Below, piece by piece: positions 30,833-42,569 of a stretch of 64,000 nucleotides of DNA. Within the stretch, counting starts at the first letter, position 1, and each line of letters opens with the position of its first letter. Below the pieces are notes generated by a model. It was not told the DNA's origin, made no database searches, and saw only the letters and a program-made list of their open reading frames with translations. Location of the stretch: NCBI RefSeq assembly GCF_009914755.1, contig NC_060932.1; one strand, written 5' to 3'. Position numbers and translations under genes: made by a program. This DNA is from the human T2T-CHM13v2.0 reference genome, Homo sapiens.

Positions 30833-31157
30833 TGTGTCTTTATTTTTCTTTCCTTTACACATCCTACATCATTGTTGACATGCTTCCTGCTCACTGTAAC
30901 CTAGTGCCCTCTTGCTGCTACTTACCTGTCCTATTTCTGAAATGTAGTTATCTCAACCACATCTGACTTTAGAGAATATCTAAAATTTCTCATCCTGCCT
31001 GTGACATATCTCTTTCCTCATTCTACCTTCAAGTTCGCTGTAGGGTGAAGGTAATTGATTTTAAATGTTTATAAATTTTAATACTTTTAAATGTTTAAAT
31101 GGAGAAAGAGATAAACCAATACTAGACTTGAAACTCAAAGATTGTCCCACAAGAAGT

Positions 31158-31260
31158 AATATATATATATATAATTATATATATATGTAATATATATATT
31201 ATATATATAATATATGTATATATAATATATATTATATATGTGTGTATATATATATATATT
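31158..31260. repeat. Imperfect (TA)n microsatellite
   Basis: Direct inspection. Confidence 0.95.
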
Positions 31261-32439
31261 TCCAGAAGCTTAGATAATTTGGAAAAGCATGTTCTAAAAT
31301 AATTATTGCTTTGGTTTACTTTTTACTTGTTATGTGGTATATTATATATAAAGTTTCAAATTAATATGAACTTGGATATGAAAAATCCCTGTTTATCAAA
31401 TGAGAGAATGGATTTACAAGATTAAAAAACACTAACAATATGTGGTTTCCCTCAAATATATTTCACTCTGAAATGGCTTTTTAATTTTTTGCTTGAAGTA
31501 TAAAGTTAACAAACTTTAAGTGATGTCAGAGATATTATAAAAACACTAACTACAAACTCATGAAATTCACATAGAAATTGTTAAGAATAATTCAAATCAA
31601 ATAAGTAACCTTGAATTTAACTATTTTCAGGTTAAAATAGTTTATCGATGTCTGTACATATCAAATAATGTACTCATGTTCTTAACCAAACAAAAGCTAC
31701 TTAACAGTAGCTTACTGAAAAAAAGTTGATATGGTGGTTGAGATTTTCAGCAATGTGTGGCCCATGATGCACTTCATATACCACTCTATAAATTCCATCA
31801 CACAAACTATTTTTGTGATTCATTTAGACTTTATGTATTGACCAGACACTTTAGCTTGTCTGATGGCCTTTACTGGTGCCTGAAGGACATTCAAGAAATT
31901 CTTGGCATTTGTGATTTGACGGTAGTGATTTCAGCTGTTTGAGGGTGTAGATGAAGCACACATTTTTAACAATGTTCTCCCAAACCTGGGAAATGAGACT
32001 AAGCCTCCTCACTAATACAGAAAATTGGATAACTGCCCACCATGCACATATCAACACTCCTTTATTGTTCTCCGCTTATCATCTTAAAGGCATAATCATC
32101 ATTAGGTATTTGAAGCAGGCATGTAACACATTCCCATTATTATTTATTTAATCTTTTAAAATGAACAATATACTTTTACAGCATTCATAATATGGAGAAC
32201 TGATAAAATTCCCCAAATATCCCATGAGAATGTTAAGTCCCTGTGGCCTATGCATATGCTTTCCTTCACATACAATATAGACTTTGTGGTGACCTACTAT
32301 GAATTACTCTGTAAGAATTATACTTCACATTGAGACTCCTGGAAGCAAAAAGAGCAGTGTTTACTATCTCTGCACTGCACTTATCCCATGCTAAATCTCA
32401 TCAGATTCTAAATGAAAATAATTCAGAACAGGACAATAT

Positions 32440-32670
32440 ATAGTATTGTGGTTAGGGTTGATTAATGTTAGTAGACCTGGGTTGGAATCAGGTATAATAG
32501 GTTGTTTGCCAGGCTATCTTGGACAAATTTTGTGGCTTTTTGAAGCCTCAGTTTTTGTAGCTCTATACTAGGGACAATAACAGTGATATCTCATAAGTTT
32601 ATAGTAAAAATAAATAAATAATTATTGTATTCACAGATTGCAGCACATTCAAGAAAAGTTAGCTATTATT
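32440..32670 (+). mobile_element. MIR SINE
   Basis: GTGGTTAGG..AGACCTGGGTTGGAATC..CTTGGACAAATT..GAAGCCTCAGTTT..TAGCTATTATT. Confidence 0.75.
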
Positions 32671-34652
32671 TTAAATTTATCTTTTTTTGATAGAATTCTT
32701 CTGTATGATGTATAAAATCCAAAAGGTCCATGAATAAAGATGGGGAAAAAAGTGATTTGACTTACATTTATGCCAAGTTATGTTCTTTTATATAGCAACA
32801 TTTAAGCATAATCAAAAGTAGCATGTAGTAAGTAATAGCTTCCCAAGTGGATCCACAAAAATCTAAGTATTTCTTTAACAACCCAAAAGCTGTTTATAGT
32901 AGATGACAATGGTGGAGAAAGTACTGGTGGTGGTAGAGGTGATGTGAACATACACAAAAAACAAAGTGTACAATTTATCTGAATAGAATTGCATCTTCAA
33001 ATAAAGTTTTCAGAGATTTAAATGAGACACAGCAAACCTTTCTGGAACTTAACATTGGAATACCTTAGCAAACATCATGATACTGACTAAATTTTGGTCC
33101 ACTATGAAGGAATGGGGAGAACAAAAGCTTGAAGTAGAAATCCGCAAAGCATCAGAAACAGCTTGCGAAAAATGGCAGGCATGGGTTTCATGATGAGAAT
33201 TTGACAGCTTTTAAACTGTTTTCTCTTAATTATATATCATTTATTTGGTGTTATATAAATCTCAACACATGCTCCAAATTGAATGTTCTCATTCTAAAGA
33301 TAAGATTGCTGCAAGACACAAGATATCCTGATTTAACTAAAAAGGTCATCTCTATACCTAAGATGGCAGGTTGTCCTTTAGTTTCTATTTGGTTTTATAT
33401 ATTATCATATGAACTATAAAGAAGGTTGAAGCAAAGAAAAGCCAAATAATAGTGCCAGCAAACAACTAAAGGAGAAAATAATGGGTGAAAAAGACAAATA
33501 TTCTTCAGAGATGAGATCAATTGATATTAAAGCAATATAATACTTACTATAAAATTATTCAGCTGGGTCCTGTACTCTTTTTATATTTTGAAAAGGATAA
33601 ATATTTTTTTTCAGTAGAAATAAAAGTAGGGAATAGCATTCAGGCCATGAATATATCTTACTCTATCTTAAAGAGTTTGAATCATCTGTTTTTCCTTCAA
33701 TCATTTAATACAAGAATTTCTCCAACAGCTACAAATGGTAATGTAAATTATAACGATTTAAAAAATTATATTCAAAAGTGCTCTGATGACATGCAAAACA
33801 GCACAAGCCTATCTTTAACTTCTAATTAAGTGAAAGTAAAATAGTAACTATTTTCAATTAACAGTAATAGGGAGGAAATAGTCGAAATAGTTGGAAATAT
33901 TAACCTATTTTTTCTCATCCTAACCTTCCATTTTTATACTTTTTCCCATTGGTTAATTTATTACATCATTCAAGAAATATTAAAAACAAGTTTACCATCA
34001 TTGTGACTATAAAGTTTACAAAATTATTGAAAAAACCTCACTTATCATTTTGGAAATGCTTTATTTAACTTAGCAAACATTTATTGAACACAAATTTGAT
34101 TAATTCACAGTCTCATATTCTATCAAAGTTATTGTTAAATTTATTATTTTATAAATTTTGCTCCTGATGGATTAAGATATTATGTTACATATTCAAAATA
34201 ATATGATTCAAATTCCTGTGGTTGTACGTATTTCACAAGGGGCTTCTCCACCACATCAAGCTTGGCTTTTCATACTTAACATTCTGAATTCACCCATTCA
34301 CAGACAAAAATCATTATTTTAATGTCATTTTTTAATCAAGACCTAGGTCAAAGAGTATCTTTTCAAAACTCCTCTGACTAATCTCATAACTATCATAATA
34401 TACTTTGATGTGTTTTCCTTCAGGCTGCTCATAGACAGTATATGAGCAGTTCTGTAGGTGTTTCTACATTGCCTTCCATTGCAAGGTTGGTTGTCCTGTG
34501 CATGATATCCCTTTATTTGACCTTTTTTTTTTTAAGGAGGAATCTATACAGGATATAAACTAACTTTATTCTATGTTTTAGATGTTCTTCAATTCCCAGA
34601 TTTTTACAGGAAAATAAGCTTCTTTTCCAGAATAAAAACTGACAATACCACA

Positions 34653-35168
34653 TTCAACAGGCAGATTTTAAGATGGCCTTCATGCTTCCCATATCCTGGT
34701 TCTCACAGTCCTTGTATCATCTTCTCATCTGAATGTGAACTCAACCTATAATTTATTCCTACATAATAGAATACAGCAAAGATGATAGAATGTTATTCCT
34801 ACGTATGGCAAAAGTGATCTAATATTGTATGGCAAAAGTGATCTAATATTACTGTAGTGATTATGTTACATTATATTAAATAATGGTTTCCTTTTCTGGA
34901 TTTGAAAAATCATTATTCCAAGAGTCCTAAAATTAAAAGTAAATGAATTCTGGCAATAACCAAAGTGAGTTTGGAGGCAGATGCTTTCCCAGTCGAGTAC
35001 CCAGGTAAGAAACCGCCTTGGCTGATACTTTGCTGCCTTTCTGAGAATGCAGAAAAGCCTGGCTTGGAATCTTGACTCACAGAAATTGTGAGAAAACACA
35101 TGTGTGTTTAAACTGCTAGATTTTTATTAATATGTTGCATAGCAAATAAACCAAAAAAAAAAACCACA
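34653..35168 (+). mobile_element. MLT1 (MLT1E/F-like) 5' LTR
   Basis: GCAGATTTTAAGATGGCC..AATAGAATACAGCAAAG..GTGATTATGTTACATTATAT..CTCACAGAAATTGTGAGA; followed by PBS-like GATTTTGATAC. Confidence 0.75.
34803..34850. repeat. Perfect 24-bp tandem duplication
   Basis: GTATGGCAAAAGTGATCTAATATT x2. Confidence 0.95.
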
Positions 35169-37235
35169 GATTTTGATACTTGGAGGTGCTGCTATAAAAA
35201 TACCTAACAATATGAGAGGGACTTTGGAACCAGTCAGTGGAAGCTATAATAATTGGTTTCTTTAATTACTACCTTTTATTTTTAAAGGCAATTTTAGGTT
35301 TGCAGCAAAATTGGGCAAAAAGAACAGACAGTTTCCAGGTATCCTTGCACAATGTTAACCTCAATATCCTGTATTGCAGTGGTACATTTTTTACAATCAA
35401 TGAACCTACACCGAGATATCACTATCACCCAATGTCCATAGTTTACTGTGTGGTTCATTCTCGGTATTGTGCATTCTATGGATTTTGACAAATGTATAAT
35501 GACATGCATGTATTATTTTTAATACTATCATCCAGAATAGTTTTACGGGCCTAAAAAATCCCTGTGCTCTGCCTATTCATCCCTCTCTTTTCTCTTCAAC
35601 CCCGGATAACCACTGACCTTTTTTCTTTTATTATTATTCTCATAGTTGCCTTTTCCAGAATGTAACATGGTTTGAAATATTTATCATGTTGACTTTGTAG
35701 ATTAGCTTATTTCACTTAAAAATGTGCTTTTATGCCATGTCTTTTCATGGCTTGACAGCTCATTCATTTTAGCACTAAATAATCTTTCATTGTCTGGATG
35801 TACCACAGTTTCTTTCTCCATTCTCTCACTGAGGAACATTTGACTGTTTCCAAGTTTAGACAATTATGAATATAGCTGCTATAAATATCTGTACAAAGGT
35901 TTTTGTGTGCATGTAAGTTTTTAATTTATTGGGGTAATGAATTAAAGAGGCACAATTGGGGGATCATATAGGAATGTATATATATATACACACACACATT
36001 TATATATACACTTCTATATGATAGTGGTGTTCATGTATATGAACCACCAAAGAAACCACCAAAGTGGTTGTACCACCATAGCAGTTGTACCATTTTGCAT
36101 GTCCACCAGCAATGAATGAGAATTTATCTTGCTCTACACCCTTGCCATCATTTAACGTTGTCAGTATTTGGATTGTCATCATTCTAGTAGGTGAGTATGG
36201 TATCTCTTTGTTGATTTAATTTGTAATTTCCTAATGACATATGATATTAAATATTGTGTCATATGCCTACTTGCCATTTGTATATATATCCTTTTTTGAG
36301 TTGTCTGTTGAGGTCTTCTATTTTATAATCGGGTTGTCCATTTTCTTACTTTTGAGTTTTAAAAATTATTTGTACATTTTGGTTATCAATCCCTTTTCTG
36401 TTATGTCTCTTTCAAATATTTTCTTCCAGTATTCTCATTCTCTTGACAATTTTATCCACCAAGTAGAAGTTTTAATTTTAATGAAGTTCACCTAGTTATT
36501 TTTTTATTTCATGTTTTGTGCCTTTTTGTTGTATCAAAATTCATCACTATACCCAAGGTCATCCCGGTTTTCTCTTACGTTATCTTATGGGAGTTTTATA
36601 GTATAGCATTTTACATTTAGGTCTATGCCCTGTTTTGAGTTAGTTTTGGTAAATGATATAAGGTCTAGTTTTTTTTTTTTTTTTTTTTTCATGAGGGTGT
36701 CCAATTGTTCTATCACAATTTTTGAAATGACTATCTTTGCTTCATTTTATTGTCATTGCTTCTTTGGCAAAAATGAGTAGATCATGTTTGTGTGTTCTAT
36801 TTTGGGGCTTTCTATTCTGTTCCACTAATCTATTTGTCTAATTTTTCATTAATTGACACCATCTGGATTACTGTCAATGTAAGTCTTTATATTGGGTAGT
36901 GTCAGTCCGCTGACATTCTTTTTAAATATTGAGTTGACTATTTTGGGTCTTTTTTCTCTCCATTTAAACTAGAATTTTTTGGTATCCATAAAATAACTTG
37001 TTGGGATTTTGATTTAGATTGCATTGAATTTATAGATCAAGTTAGGAAGAAATGATTTCTTGACAAATTGAATCTTCCTATCTTAAAAATGGAATATCTC
37101 TCCATTTATTTAGTTTCTTTTTGATATCATTCATCAGAGTTTTGTAGTTTCCTGATATAGACCTTGTACAGACTTTCTTGCATTTATACATAAATCTTTC
37201 ATTGTTTGAGTGTTAATATAAATGGGATTGTGTTT

Positions 37236-37263
37236 CAGCGTACTTCTGCTGTGCCACTCTGCT
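37236..37263 (-). pseudogene. Retroposed 5' fragment of initiator tRNA-Met (tailless)
   Basis: Reverse complement AGCAGAGTGGCACAGCAGAAGTACGCTG vs tRNA-iMet 5' AGCAGAGTGGCGCAGCGGAAGCGTGCTG (23/28, all transitions, 4 at CpG); flanked by TGTGTTT/TGTATTT. Confidence 0.75.
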
Positions 37264-37801
37264 ACCTGGAGGCTGTATTTTAAATTTCAAATTCCAATTA
37301 TTTATTGCTGGTGTATAGGAAAGTAATTGACTTTTTTAATATTGACCTTGAATCCAGCAAATTTACAATAATTACTTATTGGTTTCAGGAGTAGTTTTGG
37401 TCATTTAAAAATATTTGGTATATAGATGATGAAGTCATCTGTAAATAAAGATGGTTTTATTTTTTCTTTTCCAATCTGCATAAGTTTTATTTTTCTGTCT
37501 TGTTTTCTTGAACTGGTGAAGACTTTGGCATGAAAGTCTTTGGCATGAAATCAGGTAAGAGACGATATGCTTCTCTTATTCCTGAACTTAGTGTTTCTCA
37601 CCATTAAGAGTAATGTTAGCTGTAGGATTTTTGTAAATGTTCTTTAACAAGAAGAGAAAATTTGCCTTTGTAAGTACTTTGCTGAGAATTTTTTTATCAT
37701 AATTCAGTGTTCATTTTGTCAAATGCTTTTTCTGTGTCTATTGATATGCTCATGTAAGGTTTCTTCTTTAGCCTGTTATTATGATTGATTAATGAATTTT
37801 T

Positions 37802-38191
37802 TTTTTATTATACTTTAAGTTTTAGGGTACATGTGCACCTTGTGCAGGTTAGTTACATATGTATACTTGTGCCATGCTGGTGCGCTGCACCCACTAACTC
37901 GTCATCTAGCATTAGGTATATCTCCCAATGCTATCCCTCCCCCCTCCCCCCAACCCAAATGTCCAACAATGATAGACTGGATTAAGAAAATATGGCACAT
38001 ATACACCATGGAATACTATGCAGCCATAAAAAATGATGAGTTCATGTCCTTTGTAGGGACATGGATGAAACTGGAAATCATCATTCTCAGTAAACTATCG
38101 CAAGAACAAAAAACCAAACACCACATATTCTCACTCATAGGTGGGAATTGAACATTGAGATCACTTGGACACAGGAAGGGGAATATCATAC
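37802..38191 (-). mobile_element. Young short L1 (L1PA2-like) with twin-priming inversion
   Basis: Poly(T) plus antisense 3' end to ~37951, then a sense segment; perfect 14-bp TSD ATTAATGAATTTTT (37788-37801, 38192-38205); GAG rather than ACA at the Ta diagnostic site. Confidence 0.93.
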
Positions 38192-40464
38192 ATTAATGAA
38201 TTTTTAAATGTTGAACCAGCCTAGCGTACCTGGGATAATTCGCATGTGGTCATAGTGTAAATTATTTTTATACATTGTTAGATTCAATTTGCTAAATTTT
38301 GTTGAGGATTTTTGCATCTATGTTCTTGAGAGATATTGGTCTGTACCTTTATTTTATTTTAATGCCTCTGTCTAGTTTTGACATTAGAGTAATACTGGCC
38401 TAATAGAATGAATTAGGAAGTATTCTCTCTGTTTTTGTCTTCTGGAGGAGATTGTAGATATTTGGTATAAATTTTTCCTTAAATGGTAGAATTTACCAGT
38501 GAACCCATCTAAGCCTGGTGTACTCTGTTTTAGAAAGTCATTAATTATTGGCTCAATTTATTTAATAAGTCTATTGAGGTTGTCTGTTTTCTCTTGTGTG
38601 AGTTTTGACTGGTTGTTTCTTTCAAGAAATGCATTGATTTCATCTATGTTATCACATTTTTGTCACAGAGTTACTAATAATATTCCTTTATTATCCTTTT
38701 AATATTCATAGAATCTGTACTTGTGTCCTGTTTCTTTTCTTATATTAGCAATTTGTGTCTTTTGTATGTTTTACTTCATTAGTCCTGCTAGAAGTTTATC
38801 AATTTTATTGCTATTTTCAAAGAACAAGCTTTGGTTTTTATTGTTTTTCTCTATTGATTTTCTGTTTTCAATTTCATTGATTTCTGTTATAATTTTTATT
38901 ATGTATTTTCTTTCACTTGGATTTTATTTGATTTTCTTTTACTAGTTTTTCAATGTGGAAGCTTAGACGGTTGACTTTAGTATTTTTTTCCCTAATAAAT
39001 GCTTTCAATGCTTTTACATTTTCCTCTAAGCACTGATTATGCTTTATCTCACAAATTCTGTAAGTTGTATTTTAAATTTTCATTTAGTTCAAAATATTTT
39101 TAAATTTCTCTTGGGATTTCTTTTTTTATTCCTTTTTTATTTAGAATTATATAATTAATCTCCAAGTATTTGAGGATTTTCCAAATCTATTTATGTTATT
39201 GATTTCTAGTTTAATTTTATTGTGGTCTGAAAGGAGACACCATATAATTTGTATTCTTTACATTTGCTAAGGTGCGTTTTATAATCCTGAATGTGATCTA
39301 TCTTTGTTATTGCAGCATGTGACCTTGATAAGAATGTATAGGCTGTAGTGACTGAAAAAAAGTAGCATTTACATGTCAATTGCATGCAGTGGTTTGATGG
39401 TGCTATTGAGTTCAATTATGTCCTTACTTGTCTCCTGTCTACTGGATATCTCCATTTCTGATAGAGGGGAGTTGATGTATCCAACTGTAATAGTGGAGTT
39501 GTCTATTTCTCCTTATTGTTTTATCAGTATTTTCCTCAAGTAGTTTGACACTCTGTTGTTAAGCACATACACATTAAGGATTGTTGCATCTCCTTAAAGT
39601 ATTGATCCCTTTATCAACATGCAATACCACTTTTTATCACTGATAACTTTCCTTGCTTTGAAATCTGATCTGTCGGAAATTAATATAGCTTATTTTGCTT
39701 TATTTTGATTAGTGTTAACATAGTATGTCTTTCTCCATTCTTTACTTTAAATGTATATGTATCTTTAAATTTAAAGTAAGTTTCTTGTAGACAACATAAA
39801 GGTGAGTTTTGTTTTTTAATCCACTCTGACAATATCTGTATTTTAATTCATGAATTCAGACTATTTTCATGTAAGGTGATTATTGGTATAGTTATATTAA
39901 AATATCTATCAAATTTCTTAGTTTTCTATTTGTTGCCCTTGTTATTTGTTTCTATTTTTGGCTTCCACATATTTTCTGCCTTTTGTGGTTTATATTGAGC
40001 ATTTTATATGAATCAATTTTCTCTCCTTTCTTAGCATACTAATTATACTTATTTCTTTGTAATGTACTTAGTAGTTGCCTTAACATTTGCAGTATGCATT
40101 TAAACTAATCAAAATTGACTTTCATATAACACTGTACTGTTTCATTTGTAGTATAATACCTTATCATAAAACAATATTCTTAATTCCTCTCTACCTATCC
40201 CTTGTACCAGTGCTGTCATTCATTTCACTTATATATAAACATATATAAACATAACATATATAAACATAAACATACAAATACATGCACACTCTACATAAAT
40301 ACCTACATGACAACACATAATCAAGTATATTGTTGCTATTAATATTTTGAGCAAAATTATTTGTTAGCTCAATTAACAATAAATAAAATAAAATGTTTAT
40401 TTTACCCTAACTTATTGTCTGATGCTCTTTCTTAATCTCCTTCCATGTTTCTGACTTACATCAT

Positions 40465-42240
40465 TTTCTTTTGTATTTTATTTTATTATTTTTTTTTAAA
40501 TCTCACTTTAAGTTCTGGGATACATGTGCTGAACGTGCAGGTTTGTTACATAGGGATACATGTGCCATGGTGGTTTACTGCACCTATCAGCCCGTCATCG
40601 AGGTTTTAAAGTCCGCATGTATTAGGTATTTGTCCTAATTCCCTCCCTCCCCTTTTCCCCACCACCTGACAGACCCTAGTGTATAATGTTCCCTTCCCTG
40701 TGTCCGTGTGTTCTCATTGTTCAGCTCCCACTTATGAGTGAGAACGTGTAGTGTTTGTTTTTCTGTTCCTATGTTAGTTTGCTGAGGATGATGGTTTTCA
40801 GCTTCATCCATGTCCCTGCAAAGGACATGAACTCATTCTTTTTTATGGCTGCATAGTATTCCATGGTGTATATGTGCCACATTTTCTTTATCCAGTCTAT
40901 CACTGATGGGCATTTGGGTCGATTCCTAGTCTTTGCTACTGTAAATAGTGCTGCAATAAACATACATGTGCATGCATCTTTATAGTAGAATGATTTATAT
41001 TCCTTTGGGTATATATCCAGTAATGGGATTGCTGGGTCAAATGGGTATTTCTGGTTCTACATTCTTAAGGAATCGCCACATTGTCTTCTACAATGGTTGA
41101 ACTAATTTCCACTTACACCAACAGTGTAAAAGCATTCCCATTTCTCTGCATCCTCGCAAGCATCTGTTGTTTCCAGACTTTTTAATGATCGCCATTCTAA
41201 CTGGTGTGAGATGGTATCTCATTGTGATTCTGATTTGCATTTCTCTAACGACCAGTGATGAGCTTTTTTTCATGTTTGTTGGCTGTATAAATGTCTTCTT
41301 TTGAGAAGTGCCTGTTCATATCTTTTGCCTACTTTTTGATGGGGTTGCTTTTTTTATTGTAAATTTATTTAAGTTCCTTGTAGATTCTGGATATTAGCCC
41401 TTTGTCAGATGGATTGACTGCAAATTTTTTCTCCCATTCTGTAGGTTGCCTGTTCACTTTGATGACAGTTTCTTTTGCAGAGCAGAAGCTCTTTACTTTA
41501 ATTAGACCCAATTTGTCAGTTTTGGCTTTAGTTGTTATTTCTTTTGGTGTTTTAGTCATGAAGTCTTTGCCCATGCCTATGTTCTGAATAGCAATGCCTA
41601 GGTTTTATTCTAGGGTTTTTATAGTTTTAGGCCTTAAATGAAAGTCTTTAATCCATCTTGACTTAATTTTTGTAAAAAGTATAAGGAAGGAATCCAGTTC
41701 CTGTTTTCTGCATATGGCTAGCCAGTTTTCCCAGCAATATTTATTAAATATAGTATCTTTTCCCCATTGCTTGTTTCTGTTAGGTTTGTTGAAGATCAGA
41801 TGGTTGTAGATGTGTGGTGTTATTTCTGAGGACTCTGTTCTGTTCCATTGGTCTATATATCTGTTTTGGTACCAGTACCATGCTGTTTTGGTTACTGTAG
41901 CCTTGCAGTATAGTTTGAAGTCAGGTAGCAGGATGCCTCCAGCTTTGTTTTTTTGCTTATGGCCATTTTCATAATATTGATTCCTCCTATCCATAAACAT
42001 GGAGTGTTTTTCCATTTTTTTGTGTCCTGTCTTATTTCCTTCAGCAGTGGTTTTTAGTTATCCATGAAGAGGTACTTCACATCCCTTGTAAGTTGTAATC
42101 CTAGGTATTTTATTTTCTTTGTAGCAATTGTGAATGGGAGTTCACTCATGATTTGGCTCTCTGCTTGTCTTTTATTTGTGTATAGAAATGCTTGTGATTT
42201 TTGCAAATTGATTTTGTATACTGAGACTTTGCTAAAGTTG
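40465..42240 (-). mobile_element. 5'-truncated L1PA (L1PA8A-10 type)
   Basis: T-rich tail, antisense 3'UTR and ORF2; ORFs 40769-40963, 41365-41574 and 41605-42015 are ORF2-like; internal deletion ~41958. Confidence 0.92.
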
Positions 42241-42253
42241 AGAAAAATTTTTT

Positions 42254-42569
42254 AAAAACCCACCAACCCCAAATTCTGTACCCTGTAAAATTATTCTTCA
42301 AAAGTAAAGGAAAAGTAAAGACTCTCTTAAACAAACAAAAATTGAGGAAGTTTGTTGGCAGCAGATGTACCTTGCAAGGAATGTTAGAAGAAGTTCTTTG
42401 GAGAGATTGAAAGGAATGTTAAAAGAACTTATCCTAACATTTCTTGCAAGGTAAGCCTACTGGCAACAAACTTCCTCAATTTTTGTTAATCTCAGAAAGT
42501 CTTTGTTTTTTCTCTACTTTTGAAGAATAATTTTGCAGGGTACATAATTCAGGGTTGGCGTTTTTTTTT
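42254..42569. repeat. Long imperfect inverted repeat (arms 42254-42399 and 42422-42569)
   Basis: AACAAAAATTGAGGAAGTTTGTTG vs CAACAAACTTCCTCAATTTTTGTT; AAAATTATTCTTCAAAAGTA vs TACTTTTGAAGAATAATTTT. Confidence 0.92.

Noticed and set aside
31300-34650. Possible exons in the largest repeat-poor interval (also 52960-54800)
   Set aside because: No codon bias, recognisable protein similarity or convincing paired splice signals; lncRNA exons or enhancers cannot be excluded from sequence alone
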